From NCBI GenBank assembly GCA_039800565.1, contig JBDLQL010000008.1, positions 32,013-96,012 of the forward strand: DNA of 64,000 bases, in the 5' to 3' direction. The position numbers and the translations under genes are program-made. This DNA is from Bacteroidota bacterium. Its GTDB lineage: Bacteria; Bacteroidota; Bacteroidia; Flavobacteriales_D; Crocinitomicaceae. The notes beneath the pieces are model-generated. The model ran no database searches, was not told the DNA's origin, and was given only the letters and a program-made list of their open reading frames with translations. This document shows, piece after piece, positions 9,368 to 17,838 of the stretch (its first letter is position 1; every line of letters begins with the position of its first letter).

Positions 9368-10611
9368 TGCTTCACAAGACGATTCCAATCCGAAAAAAAG
9401 TTCGGATACGATTTCGTGACCGCTTCTTGATCCGCAACTTCGCATGCTGTTGGCATTAATAAGTTGGCCAAATTAGCAGCCATAACGACCCGATGATCAG
9501 ATGCACATGCAATTGTTGCAGGTTGTAACTGAGCCACGCCATGTATTTGCAACTGATCGGGCTGTTGCTCATAAGCCACACCCCATTTTGATAATGCCTC
9601 GCACATGACTGCCAACCGGTCCGATTCTTTGTTCTGAAGGCGATTGGTGCCAATGATCGTTGAGGTGCCTTTTGCGGCACAGGCCAAGACTACCACAACC
9701 GGAAATAAATCGGGCGCTTGGTTAAGGTCGCAAGTAAATGCAGCAGGATTTTTAGCTTTATCAATCGTCAGAACCTCTTGTTGCCACGAGTATTGAGCTC
9801 CAAATGCTCTTATGATTTCGAGCAGCTGCATATCGGCCTGTAGGCTGTCTTTTTTTAATCCAGATATGTTTACTTTTCCAGCAATACTAGCAGCGGCAAC
9901 ATGCACCGCCATGCTACTCCAGTCGCCTTCAACTTTGGCTTCAAATCCAATTGGTTTGTTAGGATTATCAAGTGCAACCGATTCGAGGCTTCCTGAAATT
10001 TGAAAGCCACAGGCTTTCGCCGTTTCGATGCTTAGTGCCAAATATGGGGCGCTTTTTAAGTGTTGAATGGTGAATTCCCATTGGCCACCTTGAGCGAGCG
10101 CATAATACAGTAAACCAGTGATGTATTGCGAGCCCGCACTGCCATCCATTTGCAAGCGTTGATGTTGGTGTTGTCGTTGAATGCGAATGGGTAACTTTCC
10201 TTCGTGATGCGTCACTTTAAAACCTGCTTGTTCAAGTAACTGGATACAGGCAAGGTGTTGTCTGTTTTGAAGGGTTTTATGGCCAAGCAATTCAACGGTC
10301 TCGTAAAAATGCATCGCAACAAAGGCAAGCGTACGCAGCGCAAAACCACTTTCGCCGACATCGAGTTTAATGAAGGCCTGAATTTCTTGTTCTGCAGGAC
10401 TAGTAACATTGAGCGTATTTTCCTGGAGTTCTAGACGACAGCCTAAATGCTTGAGAGCGGCCATCATGGCCAGGGTATCGGCATTGAAATCAAGCGCATG
10501 AATGCTTGATTTCCCTTGCACGATAGCACTAAGTAAAAGCAAGCGTTGGGCATGGCTTTTCGAGCCATTTGCTACAACTGTGCCATCAAAACGTATCGGG
10601 TTGCTGTTCAT
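9364..10611 (-). CDS. aroA: 3-phosphoshikimate 1-carboxyvinyltransferase (EPSP synthase)
   Basis: 415 aa. ANGSKSHAQRLLLLSAI N-terminal motif, LQNKESDRL and ASDHRVVMA motifs. Confidence 0.9.
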   Translation of the reverse strand: MNSNPIRFDGTVVANGSKSHAQRLLLLSAIVQGKSSIHALDFNADTLAMMAALKHLGCRLELQENTLNVTSPAEQEIQAFIKLDVGESGFALRTLAFVAMHFYETVELLGHKTLQNRQHLACIQLLEQAGFKVTHHEGKLPIRIQRQHQHQRLQMDGSAGSQYITGLLYYALAQGGQWEFTIQHLKSAPYLALSIETAKACGFQISGSLESVALDNPNKPIGFEAKVEGDWSSMAVHVAAASIAGKVNISGLKKDSLQADMQLLEIIRAFGAQYSWQQEVLTIDKAKNPAAFTCDLNQAPDLFPVVVVLACAAKGTSTIIGTNRLQNKESDRLAVMCEALSKWGVAYEQQPDQLQIHGVAQLQPATIACASDHRVVMAANLANLLMPTACEVADQEAVTKSYPNFFSDWNRLVKH

Positions 10612-11644
10612 TTGAAGACAAGATGTCGAGTTGAATACGGATCGATTCTTCGTGTAGCAATTTTAAAAATTGACTGGCAAAATTTGTGGATAATCCGGTC
10701 TCTTCTGCATAAGCAACATTTTTTTTGAGGCTTTCTTCCCAGCGTTTGGGTTGCAAAATACTGGCATTATGTTCTTTTTTAAACGATCCAATTTCTTTGG
10801 CGACTTGCATTCGCTGAACCAATAATGCAATCAGTTGCTCGTCACAAAGTTGTAATTGTTGTCGAAGTTGAAGAAGCTGGTCTTCATGTATGGCTTCGCG
10901 ATTGCGCACTTGTAACCCATTGAGGAGCGCTGCAAATGTGGTCGCAGCTATTTGTTGTGCGGCATCGGTAAGTGCATTTTCGGGCTCAATATGGGTTTCG
11001 ATCATGAGACCATCAAAATGCAAATCAATTGCTTGTTGGGCAAGTGGTTTGATAAGTTTGCGTGCGCCTCCTATGTGCGATGGGTCGCAGATGAGGGCAA
11101 GATCAGGAAAGTGCTGTTTTAAGTCGATTGGGATTTGCCAATTTGGCGAATTTCGGTACGGACTTGATTCATAAATTGAAAAGCCACGATGAATGGCGCC
11201 AATTACATCGACTTGATGATTGCGCAAACGTTCAATGGCGCCAATCCAGAGTTTTAAATCTGGATTAACCGGGTTTTTAACCATGACTTTAAGTCCTTTG
11301 CCAGCTAATGCTTCGGCAAGTTCTTGAACAGTAAATGGATTCACAGTTGAGCGAGCACCAATCCAGACCATATCTAACTTGTATTGATGGGCCAGTTCGA
11401 CATGCTCTGCCGTTGCTACTTCTGTGCAAATCGGAAAACCAAAAGTGTTTCGGACTTCAGAAAGCCATTCTAGACCTTGGTTGCCGACACCTTCAAAGGC
11501 TCCTGGGCGGGTTCTGGGTTTCCAGATACCCGCTCTGAAATAGTTTAGTGGTAATCCTTGAAGTGCTTTTGCAGTCTCAAGGACTTGTTCGCGGCTTTCT
11601 GCAGAGCAGGGCCCAGCAATGAGGGTGCTCAGTTCAAGCTTCAC
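10586..11644 (-). CDS. Bifunctional 3-deoxy-7-phosphoheptulonate (DAHP) synthase / chorismate mutase
   Basis: 352 aa. N-terminal type I-beta DAHPS (IAGPCSAES...FRAGIWKPRT...CDPSHIGG) fused to a C-terminal chorismate mutase type II helix bundle (LRQQLQLCDEQLIALLVQRMQVAKEIGSFK). Confidence 0.9.
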   Translation of the reverse strand: MKLELSTLIAGPCSAESREQVLETAKALQGLPLNYFRAGIWKPRTRPGAFEGVGNQGLEWLSEVRNTFGFPICTEVATAEHVELAHQYKLDMVWIGARSTVNPFTVQELAEALAGKGLKVMVKNPVNPDLKLWIGAIERLRNHQVDVIGAIHRGFSIYESSPYRNSPNWQIPIDLKQHFPDLALICDPSHIGGARKLIKPLAQQAIDLHFDGLMIETHIEPENALTDAAQQIAATTFAALLNGLQVRNREAIHEDQLLQLRQQLQLCDEQLIALLVQRMQVAKEIGSFKKEHNASILQPKRWEESLKKNVAYAEETGLSTNFASQFLKLLHEESIRIQLDILSSNEQQPDTF

Positions 11645-13170
11645 TATTTGGCGTAATTGACAGCGCGTTTTTCTCGGATGACAGTCACTTTTACTTGACC
11701 TGGATAAGTCATTTCTGTTTGAATGCGTTGTGAAATGGTAAACGAAAGTTCTTCAGCCTTTTGGTCAGAAACTTTTTCAGCTTCGACTAACACACGCAAT
11801 TCGCGACCAGCTTGAATGGCGAAGGCACTGCCAACACCGTCGTATGACAAGGCGAGGTTTTCGAGTTCTTTGATGCGCTTGATATACGCTTCTACGATTT
11901 CGCGACGTGCACCAGGGCGCGCGCCTGAAATGGCATCACAAACCTGTACAATTGGTGAAATAAGCGTGGTCATTTCGATTTCGTCGTGGTGGGCACCAAT
12001 GGCGTTCAAGACATCGCCTTTTTCACCAAATTTCTCAGCGATTTTCATACCAAGGATGGCGTGTGGCAATTCTGGCTCTTCGTCAGGGACTTTACCTATA
12101 TCGTGGAGCAAGCCGGCGCGTTTCGCCAATTTTACATTTAGCCCTAATTCGGCTGCCATAATAGCACAAAGATTGGCGACTTCACGGGAGTGTTGCAACA
12201 AGTTTTGTCCGTATGAAGAACGGTATTTCATGCGGCCCACCATACGCATAAGCTCTGGGTGTAAGCCGTGGATTCCTAAATCAATACAAGTGCGTCGGCC
12301 AGTTTCAGCGATTTCTTCTTCAAGTTGTTTGCGCGTCTTGCCCACAACTTCTTCAATACGAGCAGGGTGGATGCGGCCATCAGAAACCAATTGGTGCAAA
12401 CTAAGGCGTGCAATTTCACGGCGAACCGGGTCAAAACAAGATAAAATAATTGCTTCTGGGGTATCGTCGACAATAATTTCTACACCAGTAGCTGCTTCGA
12501 GCGCGCGGATGTTTCGGCCTTCACGACCAATGATGCGTCCTTTGACTTCGTCAGATTCGATGTTAAAGACTGAAACCGCGTTTTCGACAGCTTGTTCGGT
12601 AGCGACGCGTTGGATAGATTGAATGACAATTTTACGCGCCTCTTTGTTGGCATTTAGTTTTGCCTCTTCGGTGATTTCTTTGATGGTTGCCATGGCTTGG
12701 GTGCGGGCCTCGTCAGTAAGGGCTTGCATGAGGTGCTGTTTGGCATCTTCTGGCGACAATTGGCTAATTTTTGAAAGCTCAGCCACTTGTTTTTGCTGCA
12801 TTTTGTCGAGCTCTGCCAATCGAATTTCTAAATGCTGATTTTTTACTTCGTAATCGGCTTGGATTTTTTCGATTTCTTTCTCTCTGCGGCCGAGTTCTTC
12901 GAGTTTTTGATTGAGTGTTTTCTCTTTTCCTTTGAATCGATCTTCGTTCGATTGCATCCGGCGCTCACGTTCTTTGATCGCTTCTTCGTGCTCTTCTTTT
13001 TGCTTTAAAAAGCGCTCTTTTGCTTGAAGTGCACGTTCTTTTTGAATGGATTCGGCCTTTGATTCGGCATCTTTAATGATGCGTTCGGATTGGCTTTTCA
13101 GGAGTGTTTTTTGGAGAACAACACCAGCGCCTGCGCCACCGATGAGTCCGAGTACTAACCACATTAACAT
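11644..13170 (-). CDS. rny: Ribonuclease Y
   Basis: 508 aa. N-terminal TM helix, coiled coil, KH domain ([15 protein letters not shown]) and HD domain (GLLHDIGK). Confidence 0.95.
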   Translation of the reverse strand: MLMWLVLGLIGGAGAGVVLQKTLLKSQSERIIKDAESKAESIQKERALQAKERFLKQKEEHEEAIKERERRMQSNEDRFKGKEKTLNQKLEELGRREKEIEKIQADYEVKNQHLEIRLAELDKMQQKQVAELSKISQLSPEDAKQHLMQALTDEARTQAMATIKEITEEAKLNANKEARKIVIQSIQRVATEQAVENAVSVFNIESDEVKGRIIGREGRNIRALEAATGVEIIVDDTPEAIILSCFDPVRREIARLSLHQLVSDGRIHPARIEEVVGKTRKQLEEEIAETGRRTCIDLGIHGLHPELMRMVGRMKYRSSYGQNLLQHSREVANLCAIMAAELGLNVKLAKRAGLLHDIGKVPDEEPELPHAILGMKIAEKFGEKGDVLNAIGAHHDEIEMTTLISPIVQVCDAISGARPGARREIVEAYIKRIKELENLALSYDGVGSAFAIQAGRELRVLVEAEKVSDQKAEELSFTISQRIQTEMTYPGQVKVTVIREKRAVNYAK

Positions 13171-13222
13171 AATACCTATTAATTTTAATTATTAATGGGT
13201 TGTTGGCGGATGCGTGTAAGAG

Positions 13223-13513
13223 TTATTGAATGGTGTCTAGATCTTGAGAAAGCGATGCAAGTGCGGTTTCGATGTCTGAATAATCAGGTTCTAAAGGGCT
13301 TGGATTGGCATCTGCTTGAGCCTTTGCAAGCAATTGTAGTGCTGACATGGCAATCAAGTCTTGGTTATCGTTAACAGCGTAATTTTTACGGAGCAATTCG
13401 ATGGCTTTGTTGATGTCTGCTGCGGCATTCATAACAGTAGCGGCTTCTGCTTCCGGAACGTTTAACGGATAGGTGCGGCCAGCGATGGTTATTTTAAGTG
13501 CGACTTTACTCAT
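13223..13513 (-). CDS. zapA: Cell division protein ZapA
   Basis: 96 aa. ITIAGRTYPLNV...AADINKAIELLRK is the typical ZapA pattern. Sits upstream of rny, as is usual in Bacteroidota. Confidence 0.85.
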   Translation of the reverse strand: MSKVALKITIAGRTYPLNVPEAEAATVMNAAADINKAIELLRKNYAVNDNQDLIAMSALQLLAKAQADANPSPLEPDYSDIETALASLSQDLDTIQ

Positions 13514-13827
13514 TATCCTTGTTTCAGCTGTTCTATACAGTATTCAATTTCTTTTACAAGTGCATCGATTTGCGCATCGTCTCTGCCTTTAGACACGACC
13601 GGAACTTCAACAACCTTGTTTTGAGCCTCATCCAATGACACATTAAGTGCAGCAATTTCATGTTTCAAGTCAGAAATGTGGGCCTGTTCGGCCAACAATT
13701 GTTCGTTCAAGCGATTGATTTCGCCTTGTAGAACCTCGTGTTGAGCACGCTCTACGCGGAGTTTTTCGGCGAGTTGTTGGCTCTTCGAACGAATATCTTG
13801 TATGAGTTGGTGTAGCTGTTCAGTCAT
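13513..13827 (-). CDS. Coiled-coil protein (ZapB-like position), hypothetical
   Basis: The track gives 13513..13857. I prefer the MTEQLHQL start at 13827 because a TAACTTTG -7 box (13846..13853) lies inside the longer ORF. All-helical heptad sequence. Confidence 0.6.
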   Translation of the reverse strand: MTEQLHQLIQDIRSKSQQLAEKLRVERAQHEVLQGEINRLNEQLLAEQAHISDLKHEIAALNVSLDEAQNKVVEVPVVSKGRDDAQIDALVKEIEYCIEQLKQG

Positions 13828-13845
13828 TTTGGATGTGACTTTGTA

Positions 13846-13853
13846 CAAAGTTA
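13846..13853 (-). promoter_or_regulatory. -7 box TAACTTTG for the coiled-coil/zapA/rny operon
   Basis: The plus strand reads caaagtta. The motif G lies 19 nt upstream of ATG 13827. Confidence 0.45.
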
Positions 13854-13910
13854 ACAAGCTTCCGTTTACATCCTACAAAAATGTGCATGAATTTGGATTT
13901 TTTTGTTGCG

Positions 13911-13918
13911 TACATTTG
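13911..13918 (+). promoter_or_regulatory. -7 box TACATTTG abutting the M23 peptidase start
   Basis: TAnnTTTG match. The motif G at 13918 is 4 nt before ATG 13922. Confidence 0.35.
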
Positions 13919-13921
13919 AAC

Positions 13922-15574
13922 ATGCGCTTTGTCCTTCTTTTTTTGGTTTGCATTCCCTTGTTGTGTCAGGCACAACTCTTAAGTGCCGATTCGATTTGGG
14001 CGCTTCCCATGAAAGCACCAGTACAATTGAGTGCTGCATTTGGCGATTTACGACCAAATCATTTTCATATGGGGCTCGATATCCGCACCTATGGTAAAGA
14101 AAACCTGCCGATTTATGCCATTGCAGATGGCTATGTTTCGCGTCTTCGCATTTCATCCGTAGGTTATGGATGGGTCCTGTATGTCAATCACCCAAACGGG
14201 TATACTTCGGTGTATGCGCATTGCAACGCTTTTGTTGAACGCATCCAACACTTTGCCCTTGATACCTGCGCGCGCTTGCAACAAAATGAAATAGACTTGT
14301 TGCTAAATCCGAATGCGTTGCCTGTAAAAAAAGGTGAACAATTGGCATTTTCGGGAAATACAGGGGGTTCAACAGGGCCACATTTGCATTTTGAGTTGCG
14401 CAACACACAATCCGAACACGCGCTCAATCCACTGCTCCATGGCTTTCATTTACAAGACAATGCAGCGCCTGTTCTGAAAGGAATTCGGGTACATGTTATT
14501 GATTCGTTGGGCTATGTGGTTCCTGGAAAAGTTTTACAAGTTTCATTAAATGCATCAAGCCATCGGGTAGTGCTGCCGCCTCATTTTTTAGCACCTGGGC
14601 AACAACTTGGAATTTCAATCGCTGTATCGGATTACGTGCAGCCTTCGGGCACTGAAATAGGCCTTTTTAATGCAGAAATTAATTCCGATCATGCACAAGG
14701 ATTTGCGTTCGAATACCGTGAAATTGATTTTGACGAATCGCGCTATATCAATGATCATATCGATTACGTGCATTACAATACAAGTAAAATTCGCTATCAA
14801 AAAATCTTTAAAAGTGCGGCAAATCCATTGCAACTTTATGCCTATCAAGGCACCGGCGGCCTCGTTATTGGTCAACAAGATAGCCTAAGTTTAAGTTTGC
14901 AATTGCGCGATGTCAATGGAAATGAGTCATTACACCAATTGCTAATTGTCAATGCGCATCCTTTAACAGCTCCCGCTTATTTGTATGCTGCATCAAGTCA
15001 TTTTTTACCCAATCAATCGTATCAGTTTTCGGATAGCAAATTAAGCATTCACATTGATACGGGCACGTTTTACGAACCTGTTAAAAAAACCGTATCCTTG
15101 CCGACGCAAATCGTTGGGATGGCAAGCACTCCAATTCAAAAAACGATTCATATTCGGCTTTCAGCGCAGCAATTGTCAGACCCCATGCACCGCGTGCTTA
15201 CTATGAATGGCCAAGCCTTAAGCACAACTTATGAAAATGGTTTTTTAAGCGCTGACTCGAAATCACTTGGTAAAATTTCGAGTGTTATAGATGTGGTGGC
15301 CCCTAGCTGTGTGCCTGCGGCTACAAATCGCTTTGATAGTTTGTCGACAGGTCTTTTAAAATGGACCATTCAAGACAATTTAAGTGGCATTCGTTCGTAT
15401 AGTTGTTGGCACAATGGAATGTGGGTGCCAGCTTATCATGATGCAAAAAACCACCTCCTAAAAGCACAATTTACGGTTCCATTTTTACCGGGTGACCGTA
15501 TAGAAGTGCGTGTGTTGGATGCCGTTGGCAATGAATTTAAAAAAGAATGGGTAGTGCCGATGCCTACGCCGTAA
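13922..15574 (+). CDS. M23 family metallopeptidase (secreted) with large C-terminal extension
   Basis: The track starts at 13802. I prefer MRFVLLFLVCIPLLCQAQ (signal peptide) at 13922. M23 motifs HFHMGLDIR and GNTGGSTGPHLHFELR. Confidence 0.85.
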   Translation: MRFVLLFLVCIPLLCQAQLLSADSIWALPMKAPVQLSAAFGDLRPNHFHMGLDIRTYGKENLPIYAIADGYVSRLRISSVGYGWVLYVNHPNGYTSVYAHCNAFVERIQHFALDTCARLQQNEIDLLLNPNALPVKKGEQLAFSGNTGGSTGPHLHFELRNTQSEHALNPLLHGFHLQDNAAPVLKGIRVHVIDSLGYVVPGKVLQVSLNASSHRVVLPPHFLAPGQQLGISIAVSDYVQPSGTEIGLFNAEINSDHAQGFAFEYREIDFDESRYINDHIDYVHYNTSKIRYQKIFKSAANPLQLYAYQGTGGLVIGQQDSLSLSLQLRDVNGNESLHQLLIVNAHPLTAPAYLYAASSHFLPNQSYQFSDSKLSIHIDTGTFYEPVKKTVSLPTQIVGMASTPIQKTIHIRLSAQQLSDPMHRVLTMNGQALSTTYENGFLSADSKSLGKISSVIDVVAPSCVPAATNRFDSLSTGLLKWTIQDNLSGIRSYSCWHNGMWVPAYHDAKNHLLKAQFTVPFLPGDRIEVRVLDAVGNEFKKEWVVPMPTP

Positions 15575-16241
15575 GCGGGCTACCATTGGCGCCTTTAAGG
15601 TAGATCGGGCTCGCATACGCAAGGTCTTCGAATTGCGCTAAATTAAATTTTTCATACGCAAGTTTCGCTTGGTATTTGGCAGAAATGGTTTCGTGAATAA
15701 AGGTAATTGATCGGTTTTCCCAAAGCTCAGTTAGTTTTAAATGGGCATCACCGACGCAATAAAAGGGTTCGAATTCAGAAAAGGTATCTTTCTCAAGAAT
15801 GGCTGCATGCAATGGCAGGCACTCGTTTGAGGCGGCATCGTACGCTGTTACATACACTTCCATTCGACGCGCATCGAGCATACAAAGGATGGGTTGATCT
15901 GGTGCCGAATCTAGTTTTGAAATCGCAAGTTCATGATAACAGGCTAACGTGTTGACCGAAATCAAGGGGATGTCAAGTGCATAGCACAAACCTTTAGCAG
16001 TGCTAAGTCCGATCCGAAGACCCGTATAAGATCCTGGCCCGGCTGAATAGCTAATTGCAGCTATATCGGAAAGCTTCCAAAGCGCTTTGGCGAGCACCTC
16101 TTGAATCACTAATGTGAGTTGTTCGCCATGAATAAATGCAGCTTCTTGTAGGTCAAGAAAGGCAACGGTTTTTCCGTCTAAAGAGCAGGCAACACTGCAG
16201 GTTTTGGTCGCACTTTCGATATGTAAAATGCGAATGCTCAT
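15564..16241 (-). CDS. tsaB: tRNA t6A37 threonylcarbamoyl transfer protein TsaB
   Basis: About 225 aa. ILHIESATKTCSVA...GPGSYTGLRIGLSTAKGL is the typical TsaB/YeaZ fold. The start directly abuts the response-regulator stop. Confidence 0.85.
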   Translation of the reverse strand: MSIRILHIESATKTCSVACSLDGKTVAFLDLQEAAFIHGEQLTLVIQEVLAKALWKLSDIAAISYSAGPGSYTGLRIGLSTAKGLCYALDIPLISVNTLACYHELAISKLDSAPDQPILCMLDARRMEVYVTAYDAASNECLPLHAAILEKDTFSEFEPFYCVGDAHLKLTELWENRSITFIHETISAKYQAKLAYEKFNLAQFEDLAYASPIYLKGANGSPLTA

Positions 16242-16927
16242 TCGCCGCATTCAAATTTAAAACCGACACCGTGCACATTGGTGATTTGAAGCGTAGGGTC
16301 TTCTTTTAAATATTTGCGCAATTTTGTAATGAACACATCCAAGCTTCTGCCAACAAAGTAGTCGTCTTGACCCCAAACTGAATTGAGAATGACATCGCGA
16401 GGAATGAGTTGGTTTTTAAATTTATAAAGAGTGCGCAAAATCATGGCTTCTTTTTTGGTCAGGGTTTGAAGTTGCGTCGGTGATTTTAACGTAAAATTTT
16501 CGGTGTCAAAAATATAAGACCCTAACTGAATGATTTTCGATTCTTGCGTGTCTAGATTAACTTTGACGCGTTTGAGTAAGGCCCGAACTCGCAATTGCAA
16601 TTCTTCGACACTAAACGGTTTGGTGAGGTAGTCATCTCCTCCTGCATTAAACCCTTCTATTTTATCTTCGGTCATGCTTTTTGCAGACAAAAACAAGATT
16701 GGAATCTCGGTATTTTGCTTTCGAATATCACGGGCCAAAGTAAAGCCGTCTTTGACGGGAAGCATCACATCAAATATGCAAAGGTGATACGTGTCTTCTT
16801 GAAATCGCCGTAAGGCTTCTGCACCATTTTCACAGAGTGTAACAGTGTAGCCATCGGAACGAAGTTGGTCCGAAACAACGATACCTAAACTGATATCGTC
16901 TTCAACCATGAGGATTTTTATTTTCAT
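16238..16927 (-). CDS. OmpR/PhoB-type response regulator (REC + winged helix)
   Basis: 229 aa. MVEDD acidic pocket, phospho-acceptor in IFDVMLP, SAKS...GGDDYLTKPF, and C-terminal winged helix ...VHGVGFKF. Confidence 0.9.
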   Translation of the reverse strand: MKIKILMVEDDISLGIVVSDQLRSDGYTVTLCENGAEALRRFQEDTYHLCIFDVMLPVKDGFTLARDIRKQNTEIPILFLSAKSMTEDKIEGFNAGGDDYLTKPFSVEELQLRVRALLKRVKVNLDTQESKIIQLGSYIFDTENFTLKSPTQLQTLTKKEAMILRTLYKFKNQLIPRDVILNSVWGQDDYFVGRSLDVFITKLRKYLKEDPTLQITNVHGVGFKFECGE

Positions 16928-16943
16928 AAACGTCTTTAAAAGC

Positions 16944-16973
16944 CAAGAGCCTTGGATTGCTCCAAAGCTCTTG
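16944..16973 (-). promoter_or_regulatory. 30-nt near-perfect palindrome/stem-loop in the leader of the response-regulator gene
   Basis: caagagc-c-ttgga ttgc tccaa-a-gctcttg. This gives 12 of 13 positions paired with a 4-nt loop, 16 nt upstream of ATG 16927 and downstream of the TACCTTTG box at 17004..17011. Confidence 0.5.
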
Positions 16974-17003
16974 ACTATTAACCTAAACCTACTACTAGTC
17001 CAA

Positions 17004-17011
17004 CAAAGGTA
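17004..17011 (-). promoter_or_regulatory. -7 box TACCTTTG for response regulator 16238..16927
   Basis: The plus strand reads caaaggta. It lies about 75 nt upstream of the ATG, implying a leader of about 70 nt. Confidence 0.4.
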
Positions 17012-17128
17012 AGGCGATTTTCAAATACATGGTTACGTTTCTTGTTATTTTTTTCCTAATTTTTTAAAAAAGAGGCTCCGGGTCCACAACGCTTGCTTTT
17101 TCCGTAATTTTACATCAAAACAAAAACG

Positions 17129-17794
17129 ATGGCAACACTCTTAGTAGTTGATGACGAAGAAGACATCCGTGAATTAGTCAAATACAATTTGCAAAGGGAA
17201 GGGCATACCGTTTTCACGGCTGAAAATGGAGTAGATTGCCTCGAACAAGTTGCTAAAATCAAACCAGACCTAATTTTGCTCGATGTCATGATGCCGCATA
17301 TGGATGGTATTGAAGTGTGTGAAAAATTGAAATCATCACCAGAGTGGAACGACATATTAATCTGCTTTTTAACGGCTCGCAACGAAGACTACAGCCAAAT
17401 CGCAGGGCTCGATGCCGGAGGCGATGATTACATCGCGAAACCCATTAAAACAAAACTACTCGTGTCGCGCATCAATGCGGTATTGCGCCGCAAGTACAAA
17501 TCAGCTCCACATCCTGAAAGTAAATTAGGGATCGTGATCAACCGCGAAAAATACGTTATTGAAAAAGACGGAACTGAAATTCACCTTCCTCGCAAAGAAT
17601 TTGAATTATTAGCTTTGTTGGCCTCTAAGCCAAACATGGTGTTTAAGCGCGAGCACATTTTAGAAACCGTCTGGGGAACCGATATTGTAGTTGGCGACCG
17701 CACTATCGATGTGCATATCCGAAAACTTCGTGAAAAAGTCGGTGATCAATACATCAGCACGGTCAAAGGGATCGGCTACAAATTCAATGATTAA
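17129..17794 (+). CDS. OmpR/PhoB-type response regulator (REC + winged helix)
   Basis: 221 aa. VVDDEED, phospho-acceptor in LLDVMMP, TARNE...GGDDYIAKP, and C-terminal ...TVKGIGYKF. Confidence 0.9.
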   Translation: MATLLVVDDEEDIRELVKYNLQREGHTVFTAENGVDCLEQVAKIKPDLILLDVMMPHMDGIEVCEKLKSSPEWNDILICFLTARNEDYSQIAGLDAGGDDYIAKPIKTKLLVSRINAVLRRKYKSAPHPESKLGIVINREKYVIEKDGTEIHLPRKEFELLALLASKPNMVFKREHILETVWGTDIVVGDRTIDVHIRKLREKVGDQYISTVKGIGYKFND

Positions 17795-17838
17795 TTTGGC
17801 CTAATCCTTGTAAGTCGCTCGTACATTTAATCAAAACT

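Noticed and set aside
11816-12622. 268-aa ORF on the plus strand, one of the longest unassigned ORFs
   Set aside because: It lies entirely antisense to the well-supported rny gene. Its translation is S/R/A-rich low complexity, typical of a shadow frame. It has no promoter box and no recognisable motif.
13171-13222. Possible 6S RNA (ssrS) next to zapA, as in Enterobacteria
   Set aside because: The zapA-rny spacer is only 52 nt, far too short for a ~180-nt 6S RNA. No long imperfect hairpin is present.
13802-13921. N-terminal extensions proposed by the ORF track (also 20882..20920, 24644..24763, 45018..45062, 59860..59871, 41038..41043)
   Set aside because: The extensions overlap upstream genes or contain the gene's own TAnnTTTG box. 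They use TTG/GTG codons and precede a much better Met + signal peptide or conserved N-terminus.
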